Shown here one piece after another: positions 36,609 through 48,000 of a DNA stretch of 64,000 nucleotides; position 1 is the first letter of the stretch; every line of letters starts with the position of its first letter. The notes under the pieces were generated by a model. That model made no database searches and was not told the origin of the DNA. It worked only from the letters and a program-made list of their open reading frames with translations. The position numbers were made by a program, and so were the translations under genes. The stretch is from assembly GCA_032718475.1 (NCBI GenBank), contig JAUCBJ010008864.1:62001-126000 (forward strand), in the 5' to 3' direction. The DNA comes from Nemertoderma westbladi. Lineage: Eukaryota > Animalia > Xenacoelomorpha.

Positions 36609-38678
36609 ATGACGAGAATTATAAGGTTACGTCATTTCTTAAATGCTAGTGTGGTAGAAATCAATTCAGTCTGTGTTCCTACCTGTGAAAGTAAAGGTCC
36701 CAGTACCGGTAGCAGTAACATTACTTCAACTCCAAGTACCGGTACTGGAACACCTAGACCCCTTAACGAGGAAAGCAACCAGCAGATAAACGGTTTTGGT
36801 ACCAGTACCCGTAAGCGAGATTCTGGTTCTGCCAGCACTGGGACGGGGTCACTAAGGATATTCGATTGCAAGCTACCATCTAAACAGAGGGCTCATATAA
36901 TGAAGAGAAGAAGCGCACAGTTCAAAGTCATGGTTCAAGAGGTTGATGGTGAGCGTATCCTAATTAAAAAACCACTAGGTGAGACTACTTTGATATCGCT
37001 TCGAGTACCACTAAATGAGCCATTGTTGACTACACTGAATGAAGCAGTTGAAAGCCTTTTTCCTAATGGGAAAAATCAATATATTGCTGCAGCAGCACCA
37101 CAGGGAACATTTCCATCAATGAAGCGTGAGTATGAATTCGCCCTGCTCAATGTATCTCAGGAGAAGTTGAACCTTGATATGCTTCTAAGTGAATATCTAT
37201 ACAAAACATGTGCTCATGGTCCTCCTCGATTTGTTCTACTCGCATCCATAATGAATCGCATAATAATTTGCATCCGTAATGAAGATGTTGGAGCTTCAGC
37301 CTGTTCTCCGATTGCTACCCAGTTTATTGATTCCAATGATGATTGATCTTACCTAAGGAAATAATGCAACCTGATGAACATGAAGGAATATTGTTGTCTG
37401 ACTCAATTGCTGGCGCCGTCGAACAATGCACAGCTACTGGTACATTTTTTGAAGAAGTTCTCTGTTTTCAAGTTCCAGAGAATAATGATGGGGAACAAGA
37501 ACCCCAAAACATTTGTCAACCTAAGTAACGATACCTTAACCAATGTTTTGTTAAGTTTAATGGAAAAGTTTGAGAATGACGATAAATACACTCGTATTGA
37601 AATAGTAAGAGGACATACTATGGACTGTTTATATGAAATTGCCGAAGAAGAGGATTTCAGCACCCCAGAAATCATTGTAAAGTTTATTGGAGAGGAGGGA
37701 GTTGATTTGGGGGGCCCAAGAAGGGAACTATTTACTTTGTTCTTCACTAATCAACCTGCTTGTCTTTTCCAAGGTTCATATCCTTCATTCACCCTCCGTT
37801 ACAATTTAGATAAGCTTGGCATGTTTCTAAATCTTGTAAAGTTAACCGCTATTAGTCTTCTTAATAGATCGTCAGGCCCTCATTTCTTTACTCCTTCTGT
37901 AGCTCGAGCAATATTGGATGTCCCATCTGAAGTTGATATTTCAGAGGTGCCTCGTGAAGACGAACTGTATGATACACTACAAGTTATTCAAAGTATTGAC
38001 GATGAAACGGAGTTTAAAAAATGCATTGGTGATTTTCCAGAGCGTTTTGACATGGGTCTTACTAAAGCAAGTTTAGATTTACAAGACAAAAATTATGTGT
38101 TATCTACTATTTCTAAACATATAGTTGTTAGTTCGGTATGGGAAGAAATAATGATGTACCGTCGAGATTTAAAAGCTTTTGGTGTGTATGATGCTCTATT
38201 GAGATTTCCCGAGGATAGTATGAAACTTTTTACTTATCAGGATGTTACATATCAACAGGCTAGAGCATGCTTTGAACCTATCTTTCAAGCAACCCCATGA
38301 AGCGCGGAGAGTGAGAAAGAGGCTCTGATTTGTTACAGATTTAATTCATTCCTGAAAAAGGTTGGTAAAAAGAAAATATATGTTAATGATATCACAGGTT
38401 CAGAAAATCCTATTGACCTAGGTGAGGTATTGCAGTTTGCCAGCGGCTCCCGTTTTCCTGACTTTAAAGGGAAACTTACCTTTATTCGTCACGAAAATCC
38501 AAATTGGCGTGTAAAGGCCAATACATGCGATCCGGCTCTCATTTTACCACTCAATGATCGTTATTTGTCTGGGACTACGGAGGACTTTCATAATAACTTT
38601 TCAGATGATATCGTTTGCAGTACTGGTTTTGGAATTGCTTTACTATTTTATATTAATTCTAAAATTACGATTTTTTAA
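36609..38678 (+). pseudogene. Intronless HECT-domain E3 ubiquitin ligase (G2E3-like), 2 frameshifts and 1 in-frame stop
   Basis: VKFIGEEGVDLGGPRRELF (HECT N-lobe); LQFASGS...KANTCDPALILP with the catalytic Cys. The TGA at 38298-38300 is in frame with the 38430 ORF. Confidence 0.85.
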
Positions 38679-39229
38679 CTCTTGGTTGGGTAAGTGATTT
38701 TAAAAACCAATAAACCCTAGGCATAATTAATGTTATTATTAAACTTTTTTCGGTTTAATAATTGAATTTTATCTAATAGTTTTACTCTTAATTCTTTGAT
38801 TAATATTTTTGCAAATTTTGCATGTATTTTAAATCATTTACATAATATTATACGATTATTGTTATTGAATTATATATTAAATCTTGTAAGTATTAGTGGG
38901 GATGGTGTTACCGAACCTGAGTCATCTGACGTCTATTTCAGTGAATGCTTACTCCAGAGCTACCCACTAACTTTGGCAAAGGAACTCCAACGATGGCCTA
39001 CCACCCGTGGTACTGGACCCACTACCCAGGACCCTTTAAAGCAACAAACCTTTTACCTACCATCTCCTTTACAACTAACTAAGAAATTTAAATCGATTAC
39101 CCAATGCCACCTTGTTAATAAAGCACTTAAAATCCAGGTTATAACATCCAACCCGAAATCCTTGGGACAGATGCTTATGTGCAATAGATACTTGTTCACA
39201 TCTTTGCGACCTGGTAACAACGGCGCAGT

Positions 39230-39385
39230 GGCGGTACGACTAATGTCGCGTTACGGAAAGTCGCGTTACGGCTAATTTACAGAGTAGCCGTAACGCGACT
39301 TTGAAAGTCGCGGTATGGCTACTCAAAAAGTCGCTTTACGGCTAATTGTCGCGTTACGGCTAATTGTCGCGTTACGGCTAATCTA
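39230..39385. repeat. Array of GTCGCGTTACGGCTAA units in direct and inverted orientation (probable DNA-transposon terminal array)
   Basis: About 7 copies, including the inverted TAGCCGTAACGCGAC. Confidence 0.65.
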
Positions 39386-39691
39386 TTGTCTTGGTTCTAC
39401 ATAGGGAATCATTATCAATATTATTCTATGGTGTTTACGAAAAATTTAATGTAATAATGTGTTGCCGTTATCCCGACACCAGGGGGGAAAAACGCCGATG
39501 CTGGAGGCGGGGCTTTACAGACCACGGAGTCCCAGCCAGTCACTGGATATTGATTGTGGAGAAGGAGGAATTTCTTAGATGCAGGATTGCGGTTGAGAAA
39601 AAGCTGCATTGGTTGGATATATTCTTTAATGTAGTTAATCTCACTGAACCCTGATTGAGAATAATTTTGGGCTTCCCCAAATCAATATACA
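39386..39691 (-). repeat. Candidate partial 3' LTR of BEL-2
   Basis: Minus strand reads ggTGTATATTGATTTGGGGA, resembling the BEL-1 LTR start ggTGTAAAAGCTTTTGGGGA, and shares CAGGGTTCAGTG. No partner LTR and no clear PPT. Confidence 0.3.
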
Positions 39692-39850
39692 CCAAATATT
39701 CACAATAATTATACACGACAATATAAATCCCTACAGTATATTATTTAATTACCGTGTTTAATTATGTGTTATTATTATGTGTTTTATTATTTAATTATTA
39801 CCGTGTATAATTAACGTATTTAATTATTAGTGTCGGTGTCGGTCGACCCT

Positions 39851-40537
39851 GTCGCGTGTCCGTTCCACCCCTCCCGAACCCCGAAGGGATCGATCATCGA
39901 GAACCAGCACGGCTTGGCTAAGGGTCGGTCCAGTCGGTAGACTCTGTCGCGTATCCGTACCACCCCTCTCGAACCCTGAAGGGATCGGTCATCGAGAACC
40001 AGTACGGCTTGGCTAGGAGTCTGTCGTGTCGGTGGACCCGTTCGCGTGTCCGTCCCACCCCTCACGAACCCCGAAGGGTTCGATCATCGAGAACCAGTAC
40101 GGCTTGGCTAGGGGTCCGTCGGTTCATCGCAGAAACCCAACCACCTAGGCTTTCCGAGTCCCTTTCAGGCTTGTAGTCGCTTCGGCAGCCGAGAAACTGC
40201 TCCGAACAGTCGGTAGGCCAGTAGAGTCCAGTCCTTTGTCTTTCGACCCCGTCGCGTGTCCGTCCCACCCCTCACGAACCCCGAAGGGAACGATCATCGA
40301 GAACCAGTACGGCTTGGCTAAGGGGTCTGTCGTCGGTTCCCGTTGCAAATCCCTGGTACAATCTGCCGGCGTTCCGATGTCCTTTTCAGGCTCGTAATAA
40401 CTGCTGTTGACCAGAGACCGCTAAGGGCAGTCCTCGTCAAACCCTTCCTCAGTAAGTCGGCCGCCCTTTCGCGTGTCCGTCCCACCCCTCGCGAACCCCG
40501 AAGGGATCGGTCATCGAGAACCAGTACGGCTTGGCTA
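39851..40537 (-). repeat. Five dispersed copies of a 70-nt GC-rich unit downstream of ORF3
   Basis: Copies at 39851-39920, 39946-40015, 40041-40110, 40251-40320 and 40468-40537. Confidence 0.92.
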
Positions 40538-41286
40538 AGGGGGCTGTCGTTTCCCGTCGCAAATCCCTGACGCAAGCAGCCGGCGTTCCGATGTCCTTTT
40601 CAGGCTCGTAATAACTGCTGTTGGCCAGGGACCGCTAAGGGCAGTCCTTGTCCTTTAGGCCTGGCGCGTTACCAAATCCACCTCTACAGGCAGCAGGAAG
40701 TTGGCCAGGGCCTAATAGTAATCAGGCTAACCTGAATACTGCTTGAATTTTCCATCCCCCCCTGGCCCTTATAAACATGAAATTAGTCCAGTACCCTGTA
40801 AGTTGCCCCAAAGTTCGCCCATAAATCGCCCCCAGTTCATAGAATGTGCCCAAAACCCATGGTCCCGCACCCAGTAGTGATATCGGAATAATCATTTTAA
40901 ATCAATACAAAAAATATTCAACTCGCGTTATGAAAAGTTGAAATACCGCGAACAGTCCCCCCCAATGACCTTCGTGAGGTCTATAGGTAGATTGAGTTTG
41001 CGTAGGTCATTCCCAATATAAAAAACCCAAATTTAATATTGCATAGTTTTAATTAATTTGGCCTAGAGTTTATATATATATATGTATAAAAATAAATGTT
41101 CGATAAATGTTCCTGGAATATCCCGATCCACTATTTCTTTCTCTGATACGCCTTTCGCCTCTTCGCCCGTCGGCTCTCATCGATCGCTATAGCTGGTAGA
41201 GGAGCGTCAACATCCATCGTGAGCAACGCTTCGGCTTGTCTCCTGGCGGCTCTTCCTTTCGATGGCAACGGGATCATATCGGTTCG

Positions 41287-43727
41287 TCATTCCAACTCGG
41301 AGTTGCGAGCCTCGAGGAACCACTCTCCGTCACCGAACTCCTCTTTATACGAGTATAAGCATCTAATGACTTCGAATGGGCCGAATAATCCGGCGCTCAG
41401 CAACAAATCCACGTAATGGAAAGGCAGCGTGGCTGTCGTGTGGAGGCGTTCCGGGAAGGAGAAATACCCGCACGCCATCTCCTGCGCGATGTTCCGAGCG
41501 TTTCTCCGAACCTTGGTCTTTATGTGGCTGTTTGCGTATGTTTCAAACATGACCATATTTCCCATAGCGGTAACGTCTTTGGTAGGACATTTGATATAGC
41601 AGCGGGGGCTAGAGGAATGTCCACGGAAACTGCACGTGGTGCAGAGGTTATATAGGATCGGACAGACGGAAACGTCGTGACCCGATGTCGCGCAGTATGG
41701 GCAATAGAGTATCCCGAGGAGCTGGAGGCACGAATCGGTAACCCGATTCCTTCTACCGTGTGGGCACTGCTCCGAACCACAGTCACCGCACACCAATTGC
41801 ATCTCTCGACCGGGGAATATCGGAATCAGGACGCCGACGTAATACTCGAGTCGTCGGTCGCTCTTCTGAATATTCGCGGTGGTCGGTAGCCCGCGGAAGG
41901 CTGGGCTTTTGCGTAGTAGGTCCTCGCTACGATAACCTTCTTTGTGTCCCGTCGGTCTCAACTCGGACGACCGTTTCTTGCGGTGGATCCATTCGGTTTG
42001 CTCGGCGTACCAACGGGTTAGTCGCATAGGATCCTGAGGAACGGAGGGTGTAGTAGCCACCGCTGGTCGGCGAAGAGGTGCCGGGGTTTTCGACGGAGGG
42101 ATTCCGAGGAGATCGTCGGGAGTCGGTGCAGCGCTGGGGCCCTTCTCGACCAATATCGCTGAGTGGGTCCGTTGATTGCTGGTACTCGGAATCTCCGACG
42201 ACCAGTCTTCGCCACCCGGGAAAGGATACGGGGATAACCTTTGGCACGTATCGCCGAAGTCGTTTAATGCGAAGGTAGTAACCAACTCCCTCGCAGGGCT
42301 ACCGAAGCCGAGTGGTGAGGAAACGCCCGCTTCCGTCGTTGGTTCGGTGGAGGCAACCCGTTTGGCTGCCGGTTGGTAAGCGGCCTCCGGCTCGAGTTGT
42401 CGCTTCGGGGTGGAGAGAAGAACACCCTCATTTAGCCATATTTCTTCCCCTTCCGAAGAGATCAGAGGCTCCTCCGCACCGAGAAGATCGGTAATCGTAG
42501 GGATGTCGTAAGGTCCGCTCTCGTCCCAGGAATCGATAACGGCGAGCGTTTTCGTCTCTCCCGGTGTGATGTTCTCGACCGCTTTGAACGCGTGGTTTAT
42601 AACCTCGTTCCAGTCGTAGTCGACGAAGGAAAGAGGAACCGCCGTAATGAGGTTATCGAGAGTTTTACAGATAAACTTAGCGACGGTGTAGCACTCCATA
42701 ACGACGTAGACGTAGTTCCGTCGATCGGGATTCTCCCACCTTTGGTGTATCGTCCACTTCCGGTCAACGTCCTTCCATCGACCCTCTCGCTCGCTCTTTA
42801 TTTCTAATCCCGGGTATCCACCATATATTTTATTATAATCCCGGAATTTCTGGGGTTTGAAGTCGATGCCGCCGTTTAGCACAGCGAGGTAGCCGATCCT
42901 GGATTTCGTCGGTCTCACCTCTTGGAATCCTCGCATGAACTCGGCGAATCGTAACCAGGCTAGTAGCGTTTGAGTGTCGATGCAATGGCTAAGGGCGTTG
43001 AGGTCGTCTCGTCGGTTTCTTCCTGAAGGAGCGTTCGCGTAGTCGTTCCGGACGTCCGCCTTTATATCCGACCCGATTTTAATGACGTCGAAGTCGAAGA
43101 GGATCTTTTGGATTTCCGGAGGTAGCAACCAGATCGCTCCGGCTGCCTGCACTTCCTGTCTGGGATCGGAAATATTCGACACACCAATACCAAACCGTCC
43201 AGGGTTCCGAGGACGACGACCAAGGATCGACCACATTCTTTCGCCCCGTATTTTTCTTGGTAGTCATCGCGATTTTGGATGGTCGATATACGTTCCTCTA
43301 TAAGCATCGCCGTACACTCCGACAGGTTTCCCCAGTGGGCGAGGTACGTACTCTTGTCGTCGACGAAAATTTGGCATCTCGCCAACGTAATCGCTTTCGA
43401 GGTGGGCGTCGCGTTTCCCTCGTTGTCGTAGATCAAACATCGGGATCTGTAGATGCTCTGCCGGAACGTCTCCCAAAACGACGAATCGTCCCCTCTGGTT
43501 GCCTTTGCATTCCGAGTTCTTTTCAGTCTCGTACTAGCATCGGCCAACCGGAGGGCTCGTAGATTCTTGGAATCCGGTCCCTCTCGCCTGGTGAATTTAA
43601 CGACTCGCACGTTCTCATTTAGCAGGGTGCTCCAATTCGTATCAAAGTTAGGGGATCCAGGTTGCGAATATTCCAGTAGATCTATCGTGTTACGTAATTC
43701 GCCGATAATTTGACGATTTGGGTCCAT
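41287..43727 (-). CDS. BEL-2 extra ORF: DEDDy-type 3'-5' exonuclease (WRN/EXD/Mut-7/RNase D-like) plus C-terminal CCHC zinc knuckles; one frameshift near 43140-43175
   Basis: ExoI CLIYDNEG; strand LVVVLGTLDGLVLVCRI; ExoII LPPEIQKILFDFDVIKIGSDIKAD; CIDTQTL; ExoIII RW..PDRRNYVYVVMECY; CPYCATSGHDVSVC and CTTCSFRGHSSSPRC. Confidence 0.75.
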
Positions 43728-44324
43728 ATTTACGATTATATCCGTTACAAATTAGATCAGTTAATTATAAGTCCAGAAAGTCTGAAACTATAGTGATTGC
43801 AGAATAATTCAGTTCAGTTTATTAAATAACATTGCTATATAGGCATCTATCATCTTATTGCTAATACATTCAGCATTTACAGTTACTATAACTATACATT
43901 AATATCCAACCAGTTTTTATGACTTTTTATGTCCTTTTCTTTTTTCCAATTCTTTTCTTTAGACTTTTTTATACCTTTTTTTTGTCCTTTTTCATTTCTC
44001 ATTATTATTTCATCTCATTTCATTTATTTCAACATATTTCAACACATTTATTTCCACCATTTATTTCACATTTCATTTATTTCCACATATATTTCATCAT
44101 TCAGTTCCACCATTTATTCTCAATTTTGTTTATTTCCACATCATAATTGGGGTTATAGCCCCCCGGCTATCATCATTTGTTATAAGCGCAGCACCAGGGT
44201 GCGCATCATTACATTTTCATCATCATATGCGTCATCATTCAGGTTTATAGTAGAGTTGTCTGATTCTTTTCATCATTTCCAACTACATTCAATCATCTTC
44301 TTTGGGAAATCTTTGTCGTGGAAG

Positions 44325-44745
44325 GGGTGTTACGCGGCAATCTGGGATCTACAGCTGGGCTAGTTACACCGCCTACGCCCCAAACTGCGCACGTAACGGA
44401 CATTGAAGACGCTGGGAGTGAAGTCACGTGGATGCACCAGGGACCCACCAGAATAACACTCCCAACAACATAAAGCTCAGCCGACGAAGTCATGTGGGAT
44501 AGGGTTACGCAACATTCTGGGATCTACAGCTGGACTAGTTACACCGCCTACGCCCCAAAATCCACGCAACAGTCCCACCAGAATAACGCGACTGAGAAAC
44601 ATAAAACCCTCTATCGTCGAAGTCATGTGGATGCACCATGGACCCACCAGAATAACGGGATAGAGGGGGTGTTGCGCGGCAATCCGGGATCTACAGCTGG
44701 ACTAGTTATACCGCCTACGCCCCGAACTGCGCACGCAACGGACAA
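44325..44745. repeat. Three imperfect copies of a ~75-bp unit between integrase and ORF3
   Basis: gggatctacagctggrctagttayaccgcctacgcccc at ~44344, ~44519 and ~44686. Confidence 0.8.
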
Positions 44746-45016
44746 CATAACATACTGCGATGAATACAATGAATTCCACTTCAAATCTTTACCATTTCCA
44801 ATAATCCAATATCGTTGGTCCCAATGACCAAAATCAGGGTAACAATACATAAACGACCCTGCGTCAGTCGAAACATCTGCATGGTGACGCTGGACTCCAC
44901 ATAACACACGAGGAAACACAAATACCATTGCGTGGTTACAGTTGGTTTAAGGAGGGTCCATTTTCATTGTCGATAAATCACAGTTTAAAAGAGTTTGTCA
45001 ACATGATGAGAAGGGT

Positions 45017-48000
45017 TTAAACGCATTTGTAATTGTCACCAATGTCTGCAGCAGGATCTTGAGTAGGGAACTTATCACCTCTTGTAGAATCACCACTGTC
45101 ATTGCCTTCAAGAAGGCACAGCCTCTGGATAGGGCGTTGGTAGTGGCCCTTTGCCGTTCGTATCATCACAGTCCTCGCAAGTCCGTCTTTACTCGGATGT
45201 ATTATCACAACTCGCACCACAGGCCAGTGGAAGCGGTCTTTAAGATCTTCTTTTACTAGTACCATGTCGCCAACTTCGACATTCCTGTAGGTGTTGTTCC
45301 ACTTCCTCCTGGTCCGGAGGGTTATGAGGTACTCCTGGGCACAGATTCTCCACCAATGCGCTGCCAACGCTTGGGCCTTCTTCCAATTTGTATGTCTCGC
45401 GATATCGTTGGGATCCGGAAACATTGTCTCAGGGAGAACATGAGTTTTAGGTCTCCCCAGTAGGTGATTAGGAGTAAGGGGCTCCAGGTCTGTGGGGTCG
45501 TCGCGGATAGGGACAATGGGTCGGTTGTTCAGGGTAGCCGTGATCTCGCAGAATGTTGTGTGGAGGGTGTCATGGGTTACCCGGGTGTCACCTAGAGCGA
45601 CGCGCATGGATTGTTTCACTAGGTCGATCAGTTTCTCCCATACCCTGCTCGTATGGGGTGCTAAGGGGGTCTGGAAGTGCCACTGTATCTGGTGTTCCTT
45701 CCAGACTTGGGATGCGGTGTTATCGGTAAATCATCCCTCGATCGCCTCTCTAAGTTCTCTTTCTCCTCCCACAAAGTTTGTGCCATTATCGGAATACATG
45801 TGACGACATGTCCCATTGCTTGCCACGAACCGACGCAGAGCGTTGATGAATGCATGTTGCGTAAGGTTCACCACAATGTCTAGGTAGATTGCCCTAGACC
45901 TAAGGCACGTAAATATGGCCCCCCAGCATTTGATGTTGGATCGTCGTTCGATGACCATAAACGGACCGAAACAGTCCACTCCGGTGACGTAGAATGGTGG
46001 GGAATCGGGCTGTAGACGGGTGGCTGGTAAGTCGGCCATCTTTTGTGTGAGTGGTGGCGCTAGATATCTTCTGCAGATAAAGCAACGTTTCAACACTTTC
46101 CGGATCAGTGGCTGGATGTGTGTGATCCAATATCTTTGTCTTATATTAGCTATAATCCAGTTTTGTCCTGCGTGATGGTTCTCCTCGTGACATTGTTGAA
46201 TTAATAGCTTGGCTAGTGTTGAAGTTCCGGGCAGAAGCGCCGGGTATTTAACCTCATATTCGACCGGGGCGTTTGCCATCCGGGTATTCAGTCGGATCAG
46301 TCCGTCCTCTCCCATCATTGGTCTCAGTTGGTAGACTGGGCTATCCGGTTTCAAGGTCTTGCCCGCACCGAGTTGTTCCCACTCATCGGGGAAACTTTCT
46401 CTCTGGACATATCCAATGATACACTTCTCCGCGATAATGAGTTCTTGTATACTCCGTTGAACTATCGGCTTGTTGTCTTTCCACCGTAGGAAGTTGCGAA
46501 GGGTTATAATGTGGTGGATGAGCCGTCTCATTGATGAAGTTCGCTCGATCAACAGATGTAAAGACGCCGCTGGTTGAATGATCGTCGCAACGTTATAGTG
46601 CCTGCCCGAGTCCTTTGCAGGCTCAGTCAGACAACTATAAATTTCCACTGCGTTGCTTCTATGGACTTTACGGATCTCTTTGTCGTCCTCGGAGTATTTT
46701 CCGCTATCGAGTTCGGGGTCGAATCGGGTACTCCATGTTAATTGTGGCTGCTGTAGGAATTCTGGGCCTGTAAGCCAGAGTTTGCTTTTACCGAGTTGTT
46801 TTGGGGTGGCGCCTCGGCTTGATAAGTCCGCTGGATTTTCTTTCCCGTTCACGTGGTGCCACTGTTCTCGGCCGGTACACTGTTTAATCTCCGTGGCTCG
46901 GTTCGCAACAAATGTAGTATGACGCCGTGATGGAGAGTGGAGATAATAGAGAACTATACTCGAATCGACCCAGAAGTGTTGAGACTCGATGGGGATTCGT
47001 AGGTTCCGCATGACCATGCGATTCTGTCTTACTGCCCAAACTGCAGCCTGTAGCTCGAGTCTTGGAATCGTTGCTACGAATTCCCCGGATACTGTCTTAG
47101 CTTTAGAAAATAAAAAGCTCGTATCGCCGTTTCCGTCGTTGCTTAGTCTTCATAAGAGGTGACTACGCCGATTCCGGTATTCGAAGCATCCGAGAAGGTA
47201 TGGAGCTGGAAAATATCGGTGGGTAGCTTGTCGAGGAAGAACGGTCGAGGTATCCGCATAAGATGTAGGTGTTCGAGCTGGTCCATCCATTTTCTCCATT
47301 TGACGCTGAGGTGTGGGGGGAGTTCTTCATCCTATCCCAGTCCTTCTATCCACATTTCTTTAATCAGGTTCATTCCGGCCAGGGTTACCGGAGATATGAA
47401 ATTTAGTGGGTCGAAGATTGCGCTTTTTATCGACAAACATCCCCTTTTCGTCATAGGCTTGGGTAGGGGTTTATATTTGAAAATGAATTCGTCTGATTCT
47501 ATGTCCCATTCAATCCCGAGTACACAGTGTTCCACATCCTCCGAATACATTTTGTTATTTTCCAGTTGGATGTCCTCCGGAAACTTTTCCATAAGTGTTT
47601 TGTCGTGGGATCTGAACTTCACGAGCGGAAAACCTCCTTTCTTTAGACATTCTACCATCCCCATTGCTAGCCGGTATGCCTCGTCCACATTATCTGCGCC
47701 GGCGCATCCATCGTCCACGTAAAAGCATCGTCGGATGGTTTCTATGACGGTTGGAGGGAACTCGTTTTCGCACATAGTTGCCGTCCTTTTCAGCATGTCA
47801 CTGCATGCTACCGGCGAGTCCTTAGCGCCGAAGATCTTGACGACCATACGCATTATGTCTACGTCCTTTATCGTAAGTTGACTAATCTCCTGTTGAGTTA
47901 GTGTTTTATCCGTCCATAGGATACGTAGACAGTCTGAGTCTCTTGGTAGCGTACGACCTTGATGAAACATGGCCTTGATGTCGCAGGTGAATGCTACCCG

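Noticed and set aside
39851-40537. Repeat-spacer pattern resembling a CRISPR array or hammerhead ribozyme array
   Set aside because: Repeats are 70 nt with irregular, partly duplicated spacers; no cas genes; eukaryotic retroelement context. No CUGAnGA/GAAA hammerhead core seen.
41287-43727. Env glycoprotein interpretation of the extra ORF
   Set aside because: No signal peptide, TM anchor or glycoprotein-like Cys pattern; exonuclease and knuckle motifs instead.
43919-44363. Phe/Ile/His-rich ORFs resembling membrane proteins
   Set aside because: Low-complexity T-rich strand of a non-coding tract.
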